From positions 40,815,016-40,879,015 of the forward strand of contig NC_068985.1 in the NCBI RefSeq assembly GCF_001194135.2: 64,000 nucleotides of DNA, read 5' to 3'. The first letter of the stretch is position 1. The number at the start of each line of letters is the position of its first letter. Shown here in pieces: positions 1 to 13,489 of the stretch. The translations under genes were made by a program, and so were the position numbers. Source of the stretch: Octopus bimaculoides (lineage: Eukaryota). A model generated the notes under the pieces. It saw only the letters and a program-made list of their open reading frames with translations, did not search any database and was not told the origin of the DNA.

Positions 1-247
1 GATGGAACAGAGGTGGTGAAGTGATGGTGATGGTAGAGTGTCGGTAGTGCAGGCAGAAGTAGCAGTTGAAGAGGCTAGGTTTGTTGTTGTTTATGTTTTT
101 AGGGGTGACATGATTGAGTTTGCAATGGTATTGTTTTGTGGTGGTGGTGGTGGTGGCGGTGATAGAAGCAAAATGATATTGCTGTTATAGCTGTTGCTTT
201 GAAGAGTGAAGATGGTTACTCTTGTTTGGATTGTAGGTGTGTTGCAG

Positions 248-660
248 TTTGGAAGTTGCTAATTTTGTTGTTGATAAAGGTTGCTAATTCTGTGCTGGTG
301 TTTGGAGGTTGTGATCGTTATTGGAGGTTGCTAATTCTATGCTGTTGTTTGGAGGTTGTGATCGTTATTGGAGGTTGCTATTCTTGTTGTTGTTGGGTGC
401 TAATTCTGTTACTGAAATTGTTGTAGGCTGCTAATTCTGTTGTCGCAGGATGTTAATTCGGTTGCTATTGTTTAGCAGTTGCTAATTGTTGTTTGGAGGT
501 TGCCATTTCTTTTGTTATTGCTTAGAGGTTGCTAATTCAGTTGTTATTGTTATAGGTTGCTAATCCTTTTGTTGCTGTTGAAGGTTGCTAATTCTCTTGT
601 GGTTTTGAAGGCTGTTAATTCTGCTGTTGTTGACTGAAGATTATTAATTTTGTTGTTGTT
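248..660. repeat. Degenerate minisatellite with core GGTTGCTAATTC
   Basis: About a dozen core copies at roughly 25-50 bp spacing; a near-exact internal duplication of about 47 bp at about 280-380. Confidence 0.75.
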
Positions 661-1217
661 TGAAGTCTATAAATTCTACCATTTTCTCCTTATCTAAACG
701 TTGTTATTGTTACAGAGAGGCTGTTATCGTTATTCATATATGAAGGCTGTTATTTTTTATCCCTATTGTTATCAACATACAGGAGTCTATTAATTCAATT
801 GCTGATGTTGATTAATCATTATCATTACTATTATCATATAAAAGCAAATGAAAAATGATGAAGATGTTTGTTGCTGTTGTTGCAGGAGATTGCTAATCCA
901 TTTGTTTTTGTTGTTGTAACTGCTGCTGTCAATGTTCTGATATTTTCTCTTTAGGTTAGTTTTTTTTCTTTCATCAGTTGATAATGGTATAGCTTAATTT
1001 TAGGTTGCTGCTGTTTCTTTTCTTGAAGTATTGATGTGTGTGTGTGTATGCATTCTATCACTGACATACATAGATGAATACATACATGTGTAAACATTTA
1101 CATATATGTATACATGAACTGTAGCTGTTTCATGGATGCTTCTAACCTATAATAACATGGAGGAATGCATGTGAAAATGATAAAGATAACAATTTTATAT
1201 ACAAAACACATACACAC

Positions 1218-1248
<31 letters not shown>

Positions 1249-1404
1249 TGTAGATCTATAAACAAGCATACACAGGCATATATAAATGAAAATATACAAT
1301 AATATACTCCTCTTATATATGTCTACATACAAAAAATGTGTGTATATATATATCCAAAGTATTTAGGTAGACACACACACACACATATGCCCACACTCAC
1401 AGAC

Positions 1405-1435
<31 letters not shown>

Positions 1436-1445
1436 NNNNNNNNNN

Positions 1446-1478
<33 letters not shown>

Positions 1479-2116
1479 GTATATGAGTGGGCATGTGTAT
1501 GTGTGCGTTTATCCAAATACATAAGATTAATATGCTTGTATATTTTATTCTTACTGGTCATGTAACCATCACATAATCTCCTACCTCATTACATACTCCA
1601 AAACCCTATCATTATTATGGATACTTATTTTTCTGAAATTTCACCTGCACCTCGTAAAAAATAAAGTAAAAACAAAGAATATTATAATAATAAAACTTGG
1701 TTTTGATAATATTGGTTTCTCACCTAAGCACAAGGTCTCCCTTCTTTTTAATTTTAGGGAGAAGCAGGCCTCCCTTCTTTTTTTTTAGGGAGAAGGCAGG
1801 GAGAACATGGTTTGTAAAAATGATCCCAGTTATGATGACTGCTTCTTATATTATTTATCAAGGGAAGGTGCAAAGCAAAGTGAAATTTTGGTGGGATTGG
1901 GAGGCCTTGCATCTTTTTCATAAATCTTTATTGTAGAAACCAACTTTTTTGTCATGTTTAATGAGAAAAGCAGATATGGAAGGCAGCTGTATGACTAACT
2001 ATATTGCAGTATTATGTTTCTCTCTGGCCTGAGTTCACATCTTATGAGGGATAAGTTTTGCCTGTCCCTCTTTGTGGTGGTTAGGCAGTGTTTAAGAAGT
2101 AAATACCAGTAAATAT

Positions 2117-2250
2117 TGGAGCTGGCACCACGTAAAATGCACTGGTGCTGGTGCCACATAAAAAGCACAGATGCTGGTGCCATGTAAAAAGCACAGATGC
2201 TGGTGCCATGTAAAAAGCACCGGTGATGGTGTCACGTAAAAAGCATCCAG
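2117..2250 (+). repeat. About five tandem 26-bp units (tggtgccatgtaaaaagcacagatgc) in an RTE-type 3' UTR copy
   Basis: Directly visible. Confidence 0.8.
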
Positions 2251-2809
2251 TACACTTTGTAAAGTGGCTGATGTCAGGAAGAGTCTCCAGCGGTAGACAT
2301 TAAACTAAAAACACTATGGAACTTGGTGTAGATCCTGGCCTTGCCAGTTCCTGTCAAGCTATCCAACCTATGCCAACATGGAAAACGATATTAAATGAAA
2401 TGTTGAATGTACTAAGTCTGATGCAATTGATTAAATTCCAAATACAAAATCTAGCTTTGTACCAGTGCTTTGACAAAATGCATTGCAGTATTTGTTCCAC
2501 CTCTTTAAATTTTGAGTTCAAATTTCACGGAGGTAAAATTTGCCTTTCATCCCTCCAAAGTTGATGAAATACCAATCAAGTACAGTCAACACTGGGCCTA
2601 ATTTCATCAACTAACTGCCTCTCCTCAATAACATTGGCCTTGTGCCTAAGTTAGAAACAATCATTGTCTTTTGATAAAAGAATCTATAAGACAAATCTAT
2701 TTCACCATTCTCAGAATAATAAGTTAGTAAAATTGTGAACTTGAGAATAAAACAAATGCAACACCCACATATTAATAACAGAACTGAACACAGCAAAATG
2801 AGTATTACA

Positions 2810-2840
<31 letters not shown>

Positions 2841-5800
2841 AGTCAGCTCACAACACCATTTCTCTGAAGAAAGGGTCCTAATCCTGAAATATTGAAATAC
2901 AAGGTAAAAGCATATGGCCTAGTGGTAAGGTATCAGACTTATGATCATAAGGTCATAAGTTCAATTCCTGGACCAGGCACTTCAATCCACATTGCTCCAG
3001 TCTATTCAAATGAAAATAAGTACTTAGTGTTAAAAGTAACATAACAATGCTTATGTGTTTTTAATGAATCAACCAGGATACAAGTGTTTTGGTGTCACCA
3101 AGTGCAACTCAACATGTAGATAATGTATCCCTAGAAAGTCTAGTATGGGCACAGATATGGTTGTGTTGATTAACTTCACTTTGCAATTATGTGTTTCTGG
3201 ATCTAATCCCACAGCAATGCATATTGGAAAAGTGTATTCTTCTATAGAGTTAGATTGACCAATATCTTCTGAGTGGAATTTAGTAGATGGAAACTGGGTG
3301 CAAGTCTGTCATCTGTGTGTATACAGGCAAGAATTGCTGATAATTAGTCAATTAGTCTAGCAAACAAAAAGTATTTACTCTGTTATGTGCTTTTATGATG
3401 AAGGAGAACATAGCTATTACATAAATTGAGAACGAGTAAAGTACCAGAAAAAGTATTGGAGTCAATAATCACTAAAACATTTGAAAGTGGTGTCCCAACA
3501 TGGCCATAATCCAAAGACAGAAACATAAAAGAAATGCAGTGAATATGGAAATAATTGTCTCAGAAGCAAGAATTCTGTTATTGCAGTGAATACTTAACAG
3601 CAGATGACTTCAAAATGGTAAAGCTTGGTTAAATTTTGCCTCATTAAATTAAATTAAATAGCTAAAATGGTTTTGTATCAAAATTTAAACTTTGGAACAG
3701 TAGGACTTGCTATGTAGCCTGTCTTTTACCCTTCTCCCTGTGATCCTGCATAGTGGCTGGATTTTCATGTAAAGTCTGAAAAACAGCTACAGAGAGAAAG
3801 GCCCAGAGAAATTTAGCACAATATTTTTTTGTTGGAAATGGAGCTGACATGACAAGTAAATCTGAAGACTATAATTAGTTTTAATTTTCATTTGTTGCTC
3901 TTTATTAAAATTTTTGAGTAGTAGCGATAGAAGTTGAATGCAAGTAGCCTACTTGTTTGAAAATATAAGCTACATGTGTGGAGAATTTAGCTCACATGTA
4001 TCAGGAACTTGGTCCATATGTACAACAAATGTGGACCACACAGTGAAAAAAATATAAAACCTTGCATATGGAGAATTTTAGCCCAGGTGTCTGGAAACTA
4101 AGTTACATGTGTGAAAAATGTAGCTTGAATCCAGTTGATTTGTTGCTGTTGGTTAGCTGAGTCAAAATATTTTTTTTTTCGTCTAACTGCTTTTCCAAAA
4201 TTAGAGAATGACAAAACATATGGTAATATGCACTCAAAAACACCAAACACACACAAATATGCATAGACAAGTTATGTACTCACACATGAATACACACCCT
4301 TCATGCACATGTGCAGAGGCCAACACAAACATATGTACATAGGTTTCAAAAGATATTCAGATAGATATGGAAGAAAAGAAAAGAAAAATTATGGAAGTTG
4401 AGGAAAAGGAGGAGCAAGAGGAACAAGATGATGATGTAGACAGTGATGAAAACTAAAAAGAAGAAATAAATATGAAGAAGCAATAGTTCCAATTTCTCAC
4501 ATTGGCATAAGTCCAATAAATTCATAGGGAACATGATTATAGTTAACTAAGACTGATAGTTAAGTGTAGGTTAGCATAATGTAAGTGAAAAAACATGTTT
4601 TAATAAATTAGAAATACACTTGTAATAAGGCGTAGAATAAACATTAGCTTATGATTAATTCTGGTCAATGAAAGAAAGGGAGATAACTGAAATTTAAATT
4701 AATTTAAAATTGACTGGGCTTGTGCCATTAAGTATGTTAATTCCATCACGATTAACTATTTGCTTCACATGCAGAAGGTGTGTGCCTCTGTGTAATTCCC
4801 TCAACCAATCCGTCCGCAAGTCCTTCTGATTAAAACTGAGCATTGTTGGATAACAAGTCCTGAACAGATGAAGTTCAAGGTTGACACCAGTGAGATATGA
4901 ACTCAAAACTTTAAGGGTGGGTTACTAAATACTACAAGGTATTTATGTTGACCCTTTACTGTTTCAGCTCCTCCTCCTCACCACTACCACAGCCATTTTA
5001 ATGCTTATTGCTGTTGTTTACTCCTAGATCAGCCAATGATCATATAAGTCTATGGTCAAAGGCTTTGCCTATTTGGTCTTTTATCCATTCTTAGTGTATC
5101 CCAAACTATATAATCAAACATGTCCTTTTTGAAAAGGACATGATGTGATTTGAGAATAATTTGGTTGCTATTTCCAGTAGGGACTTAATTTAAGGCTGGG
5201 AGGTCTATCACTCCTCTCCTGCCCCTCATTCTGGATTGTGGTGGACAGATTTGCTACCACAAAAGTAATTTCATTCTCTTATCTCATCTGAGGCTCAGCA
5301 TCCTGATATCTGATAACCTCACTTCTTCATACATAGTTTCCTTTTTATTTTTAGGAAGAAGGAAAGGGAAGTGTCCCTGAACTTTGAGGTCCATCCAGAG
5401 ACTGACAATATTGATACAACTGATGTTTAGTTTGAATATCTGAGTGGATTCTGCAGGTAAGATGGGGACAGGAGAAATGATTAGGAGAAAGGGTTAGCAC
5501 TGGGCTTGAAGAGGTTAGGTGGAAGTGGTATCTAACTAGCTAGTTCTAAGGAGTAGAAACTATTATGACAGTAGCTATACACAATAGTTCTGCACAGTAA
5601 TTTTCCATTGACAGCCTTTAATGTTTTAGCCCAGCACACATCATCATCCATTCATATTTAGTCCAGTGCTCTGCTTGCTGATTCTGAAAACTAATGATAG
5701 CAACAACAGTAATTCTTTCAATGAGAACAGACAGATAGCTGTAATTACAGTGTTAATGTGTGTTAGAGACAGAGTTAGTGGATAAGAGCATTACTATCAT

Positions 5801-7654
5801 TATTTTATAAATATAGCTTCCTAGTTTGAATCCAGTCTGGTACTGCATGCATTTCCAGGAATAAGATGACAATTGGAGATTAAATTGATTGAAACTTAGT
5901 GTAGTGTAAACATTAATAAAGAAAATGTTTCGTCTCTAAAGGTAAAATAAATATTAAAAAAATTATAATCATGTTATTAATCATTCATGTTGTTCTATAC
6001 TGAAACCTTCCTTTAAATACTGGAGTCTCCTTACAACCCTCATATTCACTGTGTACCAGTTTAGATGACTGGGGAGTTAAAAAATTACAAAGCTTTCTGT
6101 CTTTGATGTCTTAATCCATTTATTACTATGTTTTTATTGAAATTATCATCATCATCATTTAACGTCCATGTTCCATGATTTGACATGAGCTGGCAAGCCA
6201 GAAAGCTGCATCAGATTCCCATTGTATGTTTTGGCATGGTTTCTATAGTTAGATGCTCTTTCTAACATCAACTACATTACAAAATGTACTGGGTGCTTTT
6301 TACATGGAGCCAGCATAAGAAATTTTTATGTGACATCATCATGGGTGCTTTTTTTTTTTTAATGTGGCACTGGCACATTGCTTATGTGTTACAATTAATT
6401 TTGAAAATAAAACTTTAGATGGGTGAAAGGGTTTGAGCTCAGAACATAAAGGGTCATAAAATTCTGCAAGACGTTTTGTGTGATGCTCTATCGATTCTAC
6501 CAATCCATCATCCTTAACAATAATAAGTGTGTTCAAATCTGGTCAAGGTCAACTTTACCTTTTAGTGGTTGATATATAAAATACCATTCACTGTTGAGGT
6601 AAACTCTATCTTGACCCAACTCTCAGAATTGGTTATACTGCACTGTAAAAGAATTGTGTGGGGATCACTCAGTGTCTGCTTCTTCCAAAATTGGAAGTAG
6701 TGTTTAGCTAGAGTCTAGCAACCACTTTTCATCTGGCAAGCTACAAAAGCCATCCAAAGAAACCATAGAATTTGGTAGGTGTGGATGGACCAATGTCTGA
6801 TACAGCATGGAATGGTTAAAAACAAGAACAAATAAATAAACAAATATGTTATTATTTATCCAATTCTAGGGAATGCCTTCTGAAACCTTTCAATTATCTA
6901 TCTCCCTCAGCATCATAAATTCTATTCCCTACTCCCTTATATTTCCACCGAAACACCTAGTCAGCATAAAATAAACAATTAGAGGTGAATTTATTATCAA
7001 GGTTTTGCATTACAGAATTAATAGTTAATTTTCAAGCATGATATGTTTAACTCTTTAACATGTTAAGATTACCTTCAGGGAGTAAATTTATTTCTGGTTG
7101 AGAATCCCAACTCTATTTGCAAACCCACACATCACATGCTCAACACAAAATCATCACCTGACACTAAAGAAAACGCATAACACAACCTGATTCTAAAACA
7201 TAATAAGGCCAATTCACACAACACATTCTGTGCAATCACATTCCAACACTGAAACACATTAACATATATGAAACACAATCACCATTCAATAAAACAATAC
7301 AATGCAGATAGCACATTTTATACAACAGACAAATACTGAAGTAGCACCAGAAACAGTAATACAAACCCTGACAACAAACTAAAAGAAATGTAGGATACCA
7401 AAAACAATTCTATTTTCTCTCCCAAAATGAAGTAGCATTCACCTCAAGAAACTTTCTATTTTTTTGCACATTATGGTATAGATTAAGGAAGAGACCACAT
7501 GATGGTTTTATCTTTGTTGTCTTATCTTTGATTTTGTTGCTATCCATGACAACAGACAGCTCTGACCTACACTATATCAGCAATGGACGTTTTTGATTGG
7601 CTAAAATTACATAACTTTAAATGTTTGCAACTCCTTTTTTATCAATTTCAAGGA

Positions 7655-7833
7655 AGGCAGTGGTATTTCATCTGTCTTTATGTTCTGAGTTCAAATTCCA
7701 CCGAGGTTGACTTTGCCTTTCATCCTTTCAGGGTTGATAAATTAAGTACCAGTTGCATACTGGAGTCAATCTAATTGACTGGCCCCCTCCCCCAAAATTT
7801 TGGGCCTTGTGCCTAGAGTAGAAATGATTATTA
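7655..7833 (+). mobile_element. 5'-truncated copy of the same SINE family
   Basis: gttctgagttcaaattccaccgaggttgactttgcctttcatcc...ggccttgtgcctagagtagaaatgattatt. Confidence 0.8.
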
Positions 7834-8017
7834 ATATCTAGGGAAAATGAAAGTGATTTTCAATATCAGCATGCAAAACTACATCAGAACTACATCTGAA
7901 AATAATCTGGTCAAAATTTGAAAATCTTCAAGTGGTTGGAAGAAATTTAACCAAATTCAAAACTTGCGTGAAACTGTTAAAAACATAATATTAGTAATGA
8001 TAGCTGAATGAACTTAC

Positions 8018-8162
8018 TTCAATTATAAATGTGATATCTGTCCGTTTCCCCGAGGGACTGAAGTCAGCTGATTCACTGGACCATTCTTGCAGAAATACAC
8101 TTTTGGAACTATTTCCTTCCAGTAGTTTAGGGGTCAAAGGATCACCATGTATTATGACACGT
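8018..8162 (-). CDS. CNRIP1: CNRIP1-like coding exon 2
   Basis: Acceptor ttatttcatttcag| and donor |gtaagt. Only one frame is open. GA+A completes Glu with exon 1. (E)RVIIHGDPLTPKLLEGNSSKSVFLQEWSSESADFSPSGKRTDITFIIE aligns to human ENISIGGVLVPLELK...TKSGERQPIQITMP. Ends in phase 0. Confidence 0.78.
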
Positions 8163-9331
8163 CTGAAATGAAATAAGAATATCATAAGTTTATTATTAAT
8201 CTTTTAAATTTTCTTTGAGCAACAAAATGATAATGATGATGATGATGATTGATAAGTTATATCATCACTGAAGTCATTGTTATCATCACCATCATCATCT
8301 CTGCCACCAATATCAGAGTGTCCGTGTTCTCTGTATTAAATGCTGCACAAACATGATCAGTGATATGAATGGTAGCCCCTACTCTTTTTACTAAACGTGT
8401 TGTCTAATGCCACTTTGACCATGGAGACTCAACCAGTGAGAAACAGCAACCAAATCTCCTCCAAACTACATCCTACCAGTAGAAAAAATACACGAGATAA
8501 CATCAGAAGTACACAATGTCTAAAGAACAAAGACTAAAGATGGCCACAAATGGAAAGTCGTCGATGATAGGTTTACTTGAGTGGAGTCAACTAACAGCGC
8601 TGTTGCTAGAAATGAGTTGTTCTCCCTTTGAGGTACCTATTTAGAACATAGTGGACTGGGCTATTTGAGAGTTCAAATCTCTTGAGCAATGCCAATGAAA
8701 ATCTAGGATATGAACAAGTGGTTGTCCAGAATCCTATCAACTTAACCATCTTAGATTTAGTTCTAGATTTTTCTGCTTTGGACACTATTTCAAACGTCTT
8801 TTTATCAGTACTTTGATTAATTTTGAAATGGGAGTAACAGAATTGAAAGAAGAAAGAAAAATGACAAACCCCTTGTAAATTGTTTCAAGAATTAAAATGA
8901 TGAGGAATGGAGGATTCTGTCTGTATTCCATGTGACACCTTACCTATTTTTATGACCATATTTCTAACAATGGAATTATGTGTTTTCAAATAACTGACAA
9001 TATAATCAAAAACTAAGCAAAGATTAATTAAATAATGGTAAGGTTTTTATTTATTGGTTGTGTTTAACCTCAGGCTAACTCTAATCCAGTAGGCCTATGA
9101 TCAAACACATTTGAGTCATTAGAGTTCATGCTGCAGTCTTGCCTTCAAAGGTACAGTAGATTATATTGGTACTAGTATGTACCTGCTAGATATTTTATCA
9201 GCCACAGAAGGCTGGAAGGTAAAACTGTCTGGATGAGATTTGAACTTAGATAGTAATCAAATACCTCAAGGAATTTTGCCTGATATTCTACAAATATAGT
9301 GCCTGTATTTTTGCATGTGTGTATGTGTGTG

Positions 9332-9362
<31 letters not shown>

Positions 9363-9677
9363 AAATGTTTCTCGATCCTTGAAGGACTACTGAGAGCCAG
9401 TGTTTAACTTCAGGCTCATTATGTGAAGTGGCTGATGAATAACCCTCTTTAGGATAAAATACCAGTCTATTATATGTAACACTCCTAGTTAGATGATGTG
9501 ATATCCCATTCCAAACAGTGACTTTACATAATGTAGAACAAAGTATTCTGTCCAGAAACAACAAAACAACTGTGGTAAATTTGAACTTAGTGATATGAAC
9601 AATAGGCCCAATACTGCTATATACTTGGATGTCTCACCACTACCCTATATATGTATATATGTGTGATATCTCTCTCT

Positions 9678-9713
<36 letters not shown>

Positions 9714-10179
9714 CACACGCACACAGAGGAGAAATTACTTATAATAAACACAAATTTATATTATTAGTTTAGTTTCTACATACATTTCACCATTGTGGCT
9801 ACTTAGAATCCTGCACTGGATATTCCAAGTGCAATTAGATGTTTAACAACAACAGATTATTAAGGAACACTTTATTGCATTATGTTATAGAGAATTAATG
9901 TCTAGAGTTGGGTAGATGGAGATTCTCCTGATTCTCCTAATAAGGTCATTATTCCTGTGTAGCAAAAGTTTCAGGTATAATTGTTTACCAGGAATTGAGA
10001 TACTTTTTAGTGATATGCCAAATTACTGTTTATCCATGTTCCAGTAATCAAATCAGTAGAGCTCCACTGCTAGGGAGCAAGTTATGGTGTATCTTGTGTG
10101 CACAAAGAGATGTACAAGTGTTACTGTTACATGCATATAACTGTGTGTGTGTGGGTGGGTGAGGGGGATATATGTTAAC

Positions 10180-10618
10180 ATGCATGGCTGTGTAGTAAGA
10201 GATTTTCTTTCCAAACACATGGCTCTGGGTTTCAGTCTCACTACATGGCACTTTAGTGTCTCTTACTATAGATAAGGGCCAACAAGAGCCTTGTGAGTGG
10301 ATTTGATAGGCAGAAACTGAAAGGAGCCTGTCATATATCAATATGTACTTGTTTATATGTGTAAGTGTGTGTTTGTGCCTCCCTGCCTTGACAGTGAGCA
10401 ATAACTGTAAATAAGTCAGTCATACAAGCAGTACCATTCATTTCCAATATTCTGTGTGAACATATCTGACTGTGGGAAAATATTATTACCTTACTTGAAA
10501 AAACAAGCAAGGGTTGGGAACAGAAAGGGTGTCGGGCTGTAGAAAACCTGTCACAAATAAATTCCATCTGACCCATGCAAGCATGGAAAAGTGGACATTA
10601 AATGATGATGATGATGAT
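10180..10618 (+). mobile_element. tRNA-derived SINE with RTE-type (GAT)n tail
   Basis: Head catggctgtgtagtaag...ggtttcagtctcact, core gccttgtgagtggattt..gaaactgaaag, GT-rich linker, tail cccatgcaagcatggaaaagtggacattaaatgatgatg. Confidence 0.75.
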
Positions 10619-10640
10619 TACATATATATCTATCTATATA

Positions 10641-10945
10641 TCATCATCATCGTTTAACGTCCGCTTTCCATGCTAGCATGGGTTGGACGATTTGACTGAG
10701 GACTGGTGAAACCGGATGGCAACACCAGGCTCCAATCTAATTTGGCAGAGTTTCTACAGCTGGATGCCCTTCCTAACGCCAACCACTCAGAGAGTGTAGT
10801 GGGTGCTTTTACGTGTCACCCGCACGAAAACGGCCACGCTCGAAATGATGTCTTTTATGTGCCACCCGCACAAGAGCCAGTCCAGGGGCACTGGCAACGA
10901 TCTTGCTCGAAAACCCTACAAGGCCAGTCAGGCGGTACTGGCAAC
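10641..10945 (-). mobile_element. Young RTE-type 3' UTR/tail copy
   Basis: catcatcgtttaacgtccgctttccatgctagcatggg...; CpGs retained; near-identical to 39394-39552 and 23455-23545. Older copies at about 2115-2390, 6143-6340 and 26000-26160. Confidence 0.8.
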
Positions 10946-12126
10946 ATATATATATATATTAATCAACATACATAATTGTATAAGTTGTATAAGTATGTAT
11001 ATTATGAATGAAGTGAAACAGCAAAAAAAAATTAATCAGTTCACAAGAACCATCACCACCATCACTGCTACTGCTACCACATAGATCAATTAATTAGCTA
11101 CAACACAATAGACTTTATGTAATTTAGATAAAACTAATTTACAACAGTGGTCCCATGGTACCTAAGGTAGTGATTATAGGAGCAGGTTTGTCTTCTCCAC
11201 ACTAGTAGATGTTATACTAGTAGTGATGGTGAAGTGGTGGTAGTAAGGAGGAAAATATATTTAAACACATATATTCTCCACTTTTTGGCTTTATTTCTAG
11301 AATATGTGAGACACTAAACAAGAACTGGAGTTGAGGGTATCAACAAAGACCTCACTCTAAAATTACTGGCCTTGTGCCAAAACTTGAAACCATTATTATT
11401 ATTATTATTATTGAAGCGGCGAGCTGGCAGAATCATTAGCTTGCCGGGTAAAATGCTTAGCAACATTTCAACTATCCCCGTTCTGCGTTCAAATTTTGCC
11501 AAAATTGACTTTGCCTTTCATTCTTTCGGGTTGATAAAAAAGTACCAGTTTAACGCTGGGGTTGATGTAATCCACCACTCCTTCCCCAAACCTACTGGCT
11601 TTGCACCAAATTTTGATATCATTATTATCATTATTACTGAAGATGTCATACAGTATCCAATATTGTGATGTTGTAGATTGAAGATATTGTGTGTACCAGG
11701 GATTTGTATTGTTTGTCAAGTCACAACAAGGACCTCAGACATACAATACTTTACACAGCATGTGTGTAGTTCCCAGTAAAACCGATTTTTGCTATATACT
11801 AAGATTGTAGGGTATTTCCAAAGTGTCTAGATGTTTCTTTATTATCATTATTGTATTGAGCTGGGAGAATAAAAAAAAATGCTTAGTAGACTCTTAATGT
11901 TCCGAGTTCAAGTTTGTCTTTCATGCTTTTGAGTTAATAAAATAAAGTACCAATCAAATACTGTGGTAGATGTAATCAACTAACTCTTTTCCCCCTATAA
12001 TTGCTGGTTTTGCATCAAAATTTGAAGCAATTATTATTAATAATAGTATCAATAAGGCAGTGAACTGGCAGAATCATTAGTGGGTCAAACAAAATATTTA
12101 GCAGCATTTTTTCTAGTTCTTCATGT

Positions 12127-12470
12127 TTATCATCATCATCATCATCATCATAATTTAGTGTTCATTTTCCATGCTGACATGGATTAGATGGTTTGACTGA
12201 GACTGGCAAGCCAGAGAGCTGTACCAGGCTCCAGCCTGATTTGGTTTGATTTCTATGGTTGGTTGCCTTCCCTAACACCAACCATTCCAAGAGTGTAATG
12301 GGTGCCTTTTACCTGTCACCGGCACTGGTCACGACTATGATTTTATTTGGCTTGACGTGTCTTCAAGCACAGCAAATTGCCAAAGGTCTCAATCACTTGT
12401 CATCAGCTCCATGAGACCCAAGATCTGAAGATCATGCTTCACCACCTTGTCCTATGTCTTCCTGGGTCTA
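12127..12470 (-). mobile_element. RTE 3' end nested inside a SINE (host pieces about 12056-12125 and 12472-12620)
   Basis: RPRKT*DKVVKHDLQILGL...DLWQFAVLE, then 3' UTR and (GAT)n tail; the host SINE resumes at gctgaggccgactttgcctttc. Confidence 0.75.
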
Positions 12471-13093
12471 CAGCTGAGGCCGACTTTGCCTTTCAATCCT
12501 TCAAGGGTCAATAAAATAAGTACTAGCTGAGTACTGGGATCAATGTTATTGACTACCACTCTCCCTCTAAAAGACTACTGGCCTTGTGCCAAAAAATTGA
12601 AACCATCTACTATAATAATACTCGTGTTTTTCTCTGTCACAATATATAAATGAGAAAGGAAGGGGTGATAGATGAATAAGGAGGGAAGGGGTGAAGGCAA
12701 ACTGGTAGTGGGATGATGGAAATTCTATGGTATAAAAAAAATCAAACAGCATTTCAACTCTGTGAGTATATGTGTGTTTGTAAAAGGGAGGAATGTGTGT
12801 GTTTGTGTGTGTGCAATGGAAGTGGGATGGTGAACATTCAACACTGAAAAGAAAAATCAAACATCGTTTCAACTTTGTGTGAGTATGTGTGTGCATGTAC
12901 AAGAGAAGTATGTGAATGTTTGTATGTGTGATTATTATGTACATTATTTATATATAAAATACTACAATTAGCCATCATTTTTGACAGCACAGGGTCAGCT
13001 AGTTATTAATAGTTTTCATATTAGCAATAATAATAATGATTTCAATCAAAGACACAAATGAAGAAATTTTGGAGAAGTGAACAGCGGATTTAA

Positions 13094-13310
13094 CCCTTTA
13101 GCATTCAGATTACTCAGTCAAATGTAATGCTTATTTATTCATATTGTTTGAAATTAATAATGCACCATCTTATAACTTCATGGTTTCGATATGATTGTTT
13201 ATTTTTAGAATGACATTGTAGGGTAGGGGTCAGACACCAGATCTAGCCAGTTTGAACATAGAACAGGTAGAATATTTTGGCTGGATACAGCTGGTTTAAA
13301 TACTAAAGGG
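13094..13310. mobile_element. piggyBac-type MITE, 217 bp
   Basis: TTAA|ccctttagcatt ... aatactaaaggg|TTAA; decayed second copy at about 15570-15775. Confidence 0.85.
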
Positions 13311-13489
13311 TTAAATTGACACCTATGCTTGACTGGCACTTTGTTTTATTGAATTCACTCTTTGAACTCAGAAAATCAGGAGACATAACTAAATTTTGGG
13401 TGCTAGACTAAAATTTGTTACTTGGTTTAACCCCAACTGTTTGGACTATGGGTGCTTTCAGTGGAGTCTGTTCTCTTATAAGCATATGG

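Noticed and set aside
2117-2250. CRISPR-like repeat array
   Set aside because: Contiguous tandem units without unique spacers, in eukaryotic retroelement sequence.
4694-4906. 70-aa minus-strand ORF as CNRIP1 exon 3
   Set aside because: No phase-0 acceptor and no KFY/WG motifs; the WCQP*TS resemblance in another frame contains a stop.
5355-5456. Plus-strand segment with strong acceptor and donor
   Set aside because: Stops in all three frames.
6035-6068. 34-nt minus-strand mini-exon (SSKLVHSEYEG) with AG/GT ends in phase 0
   Set aside because: No similarity to the expected CNRIP1 sequence; such sites are common by chance.
6339-6536. Protein-like ORF (KDDGLVESIEHHTKRLAEFYDP)
   Set aside because: It overlaps a decayed minus-strand SINE 5' end.
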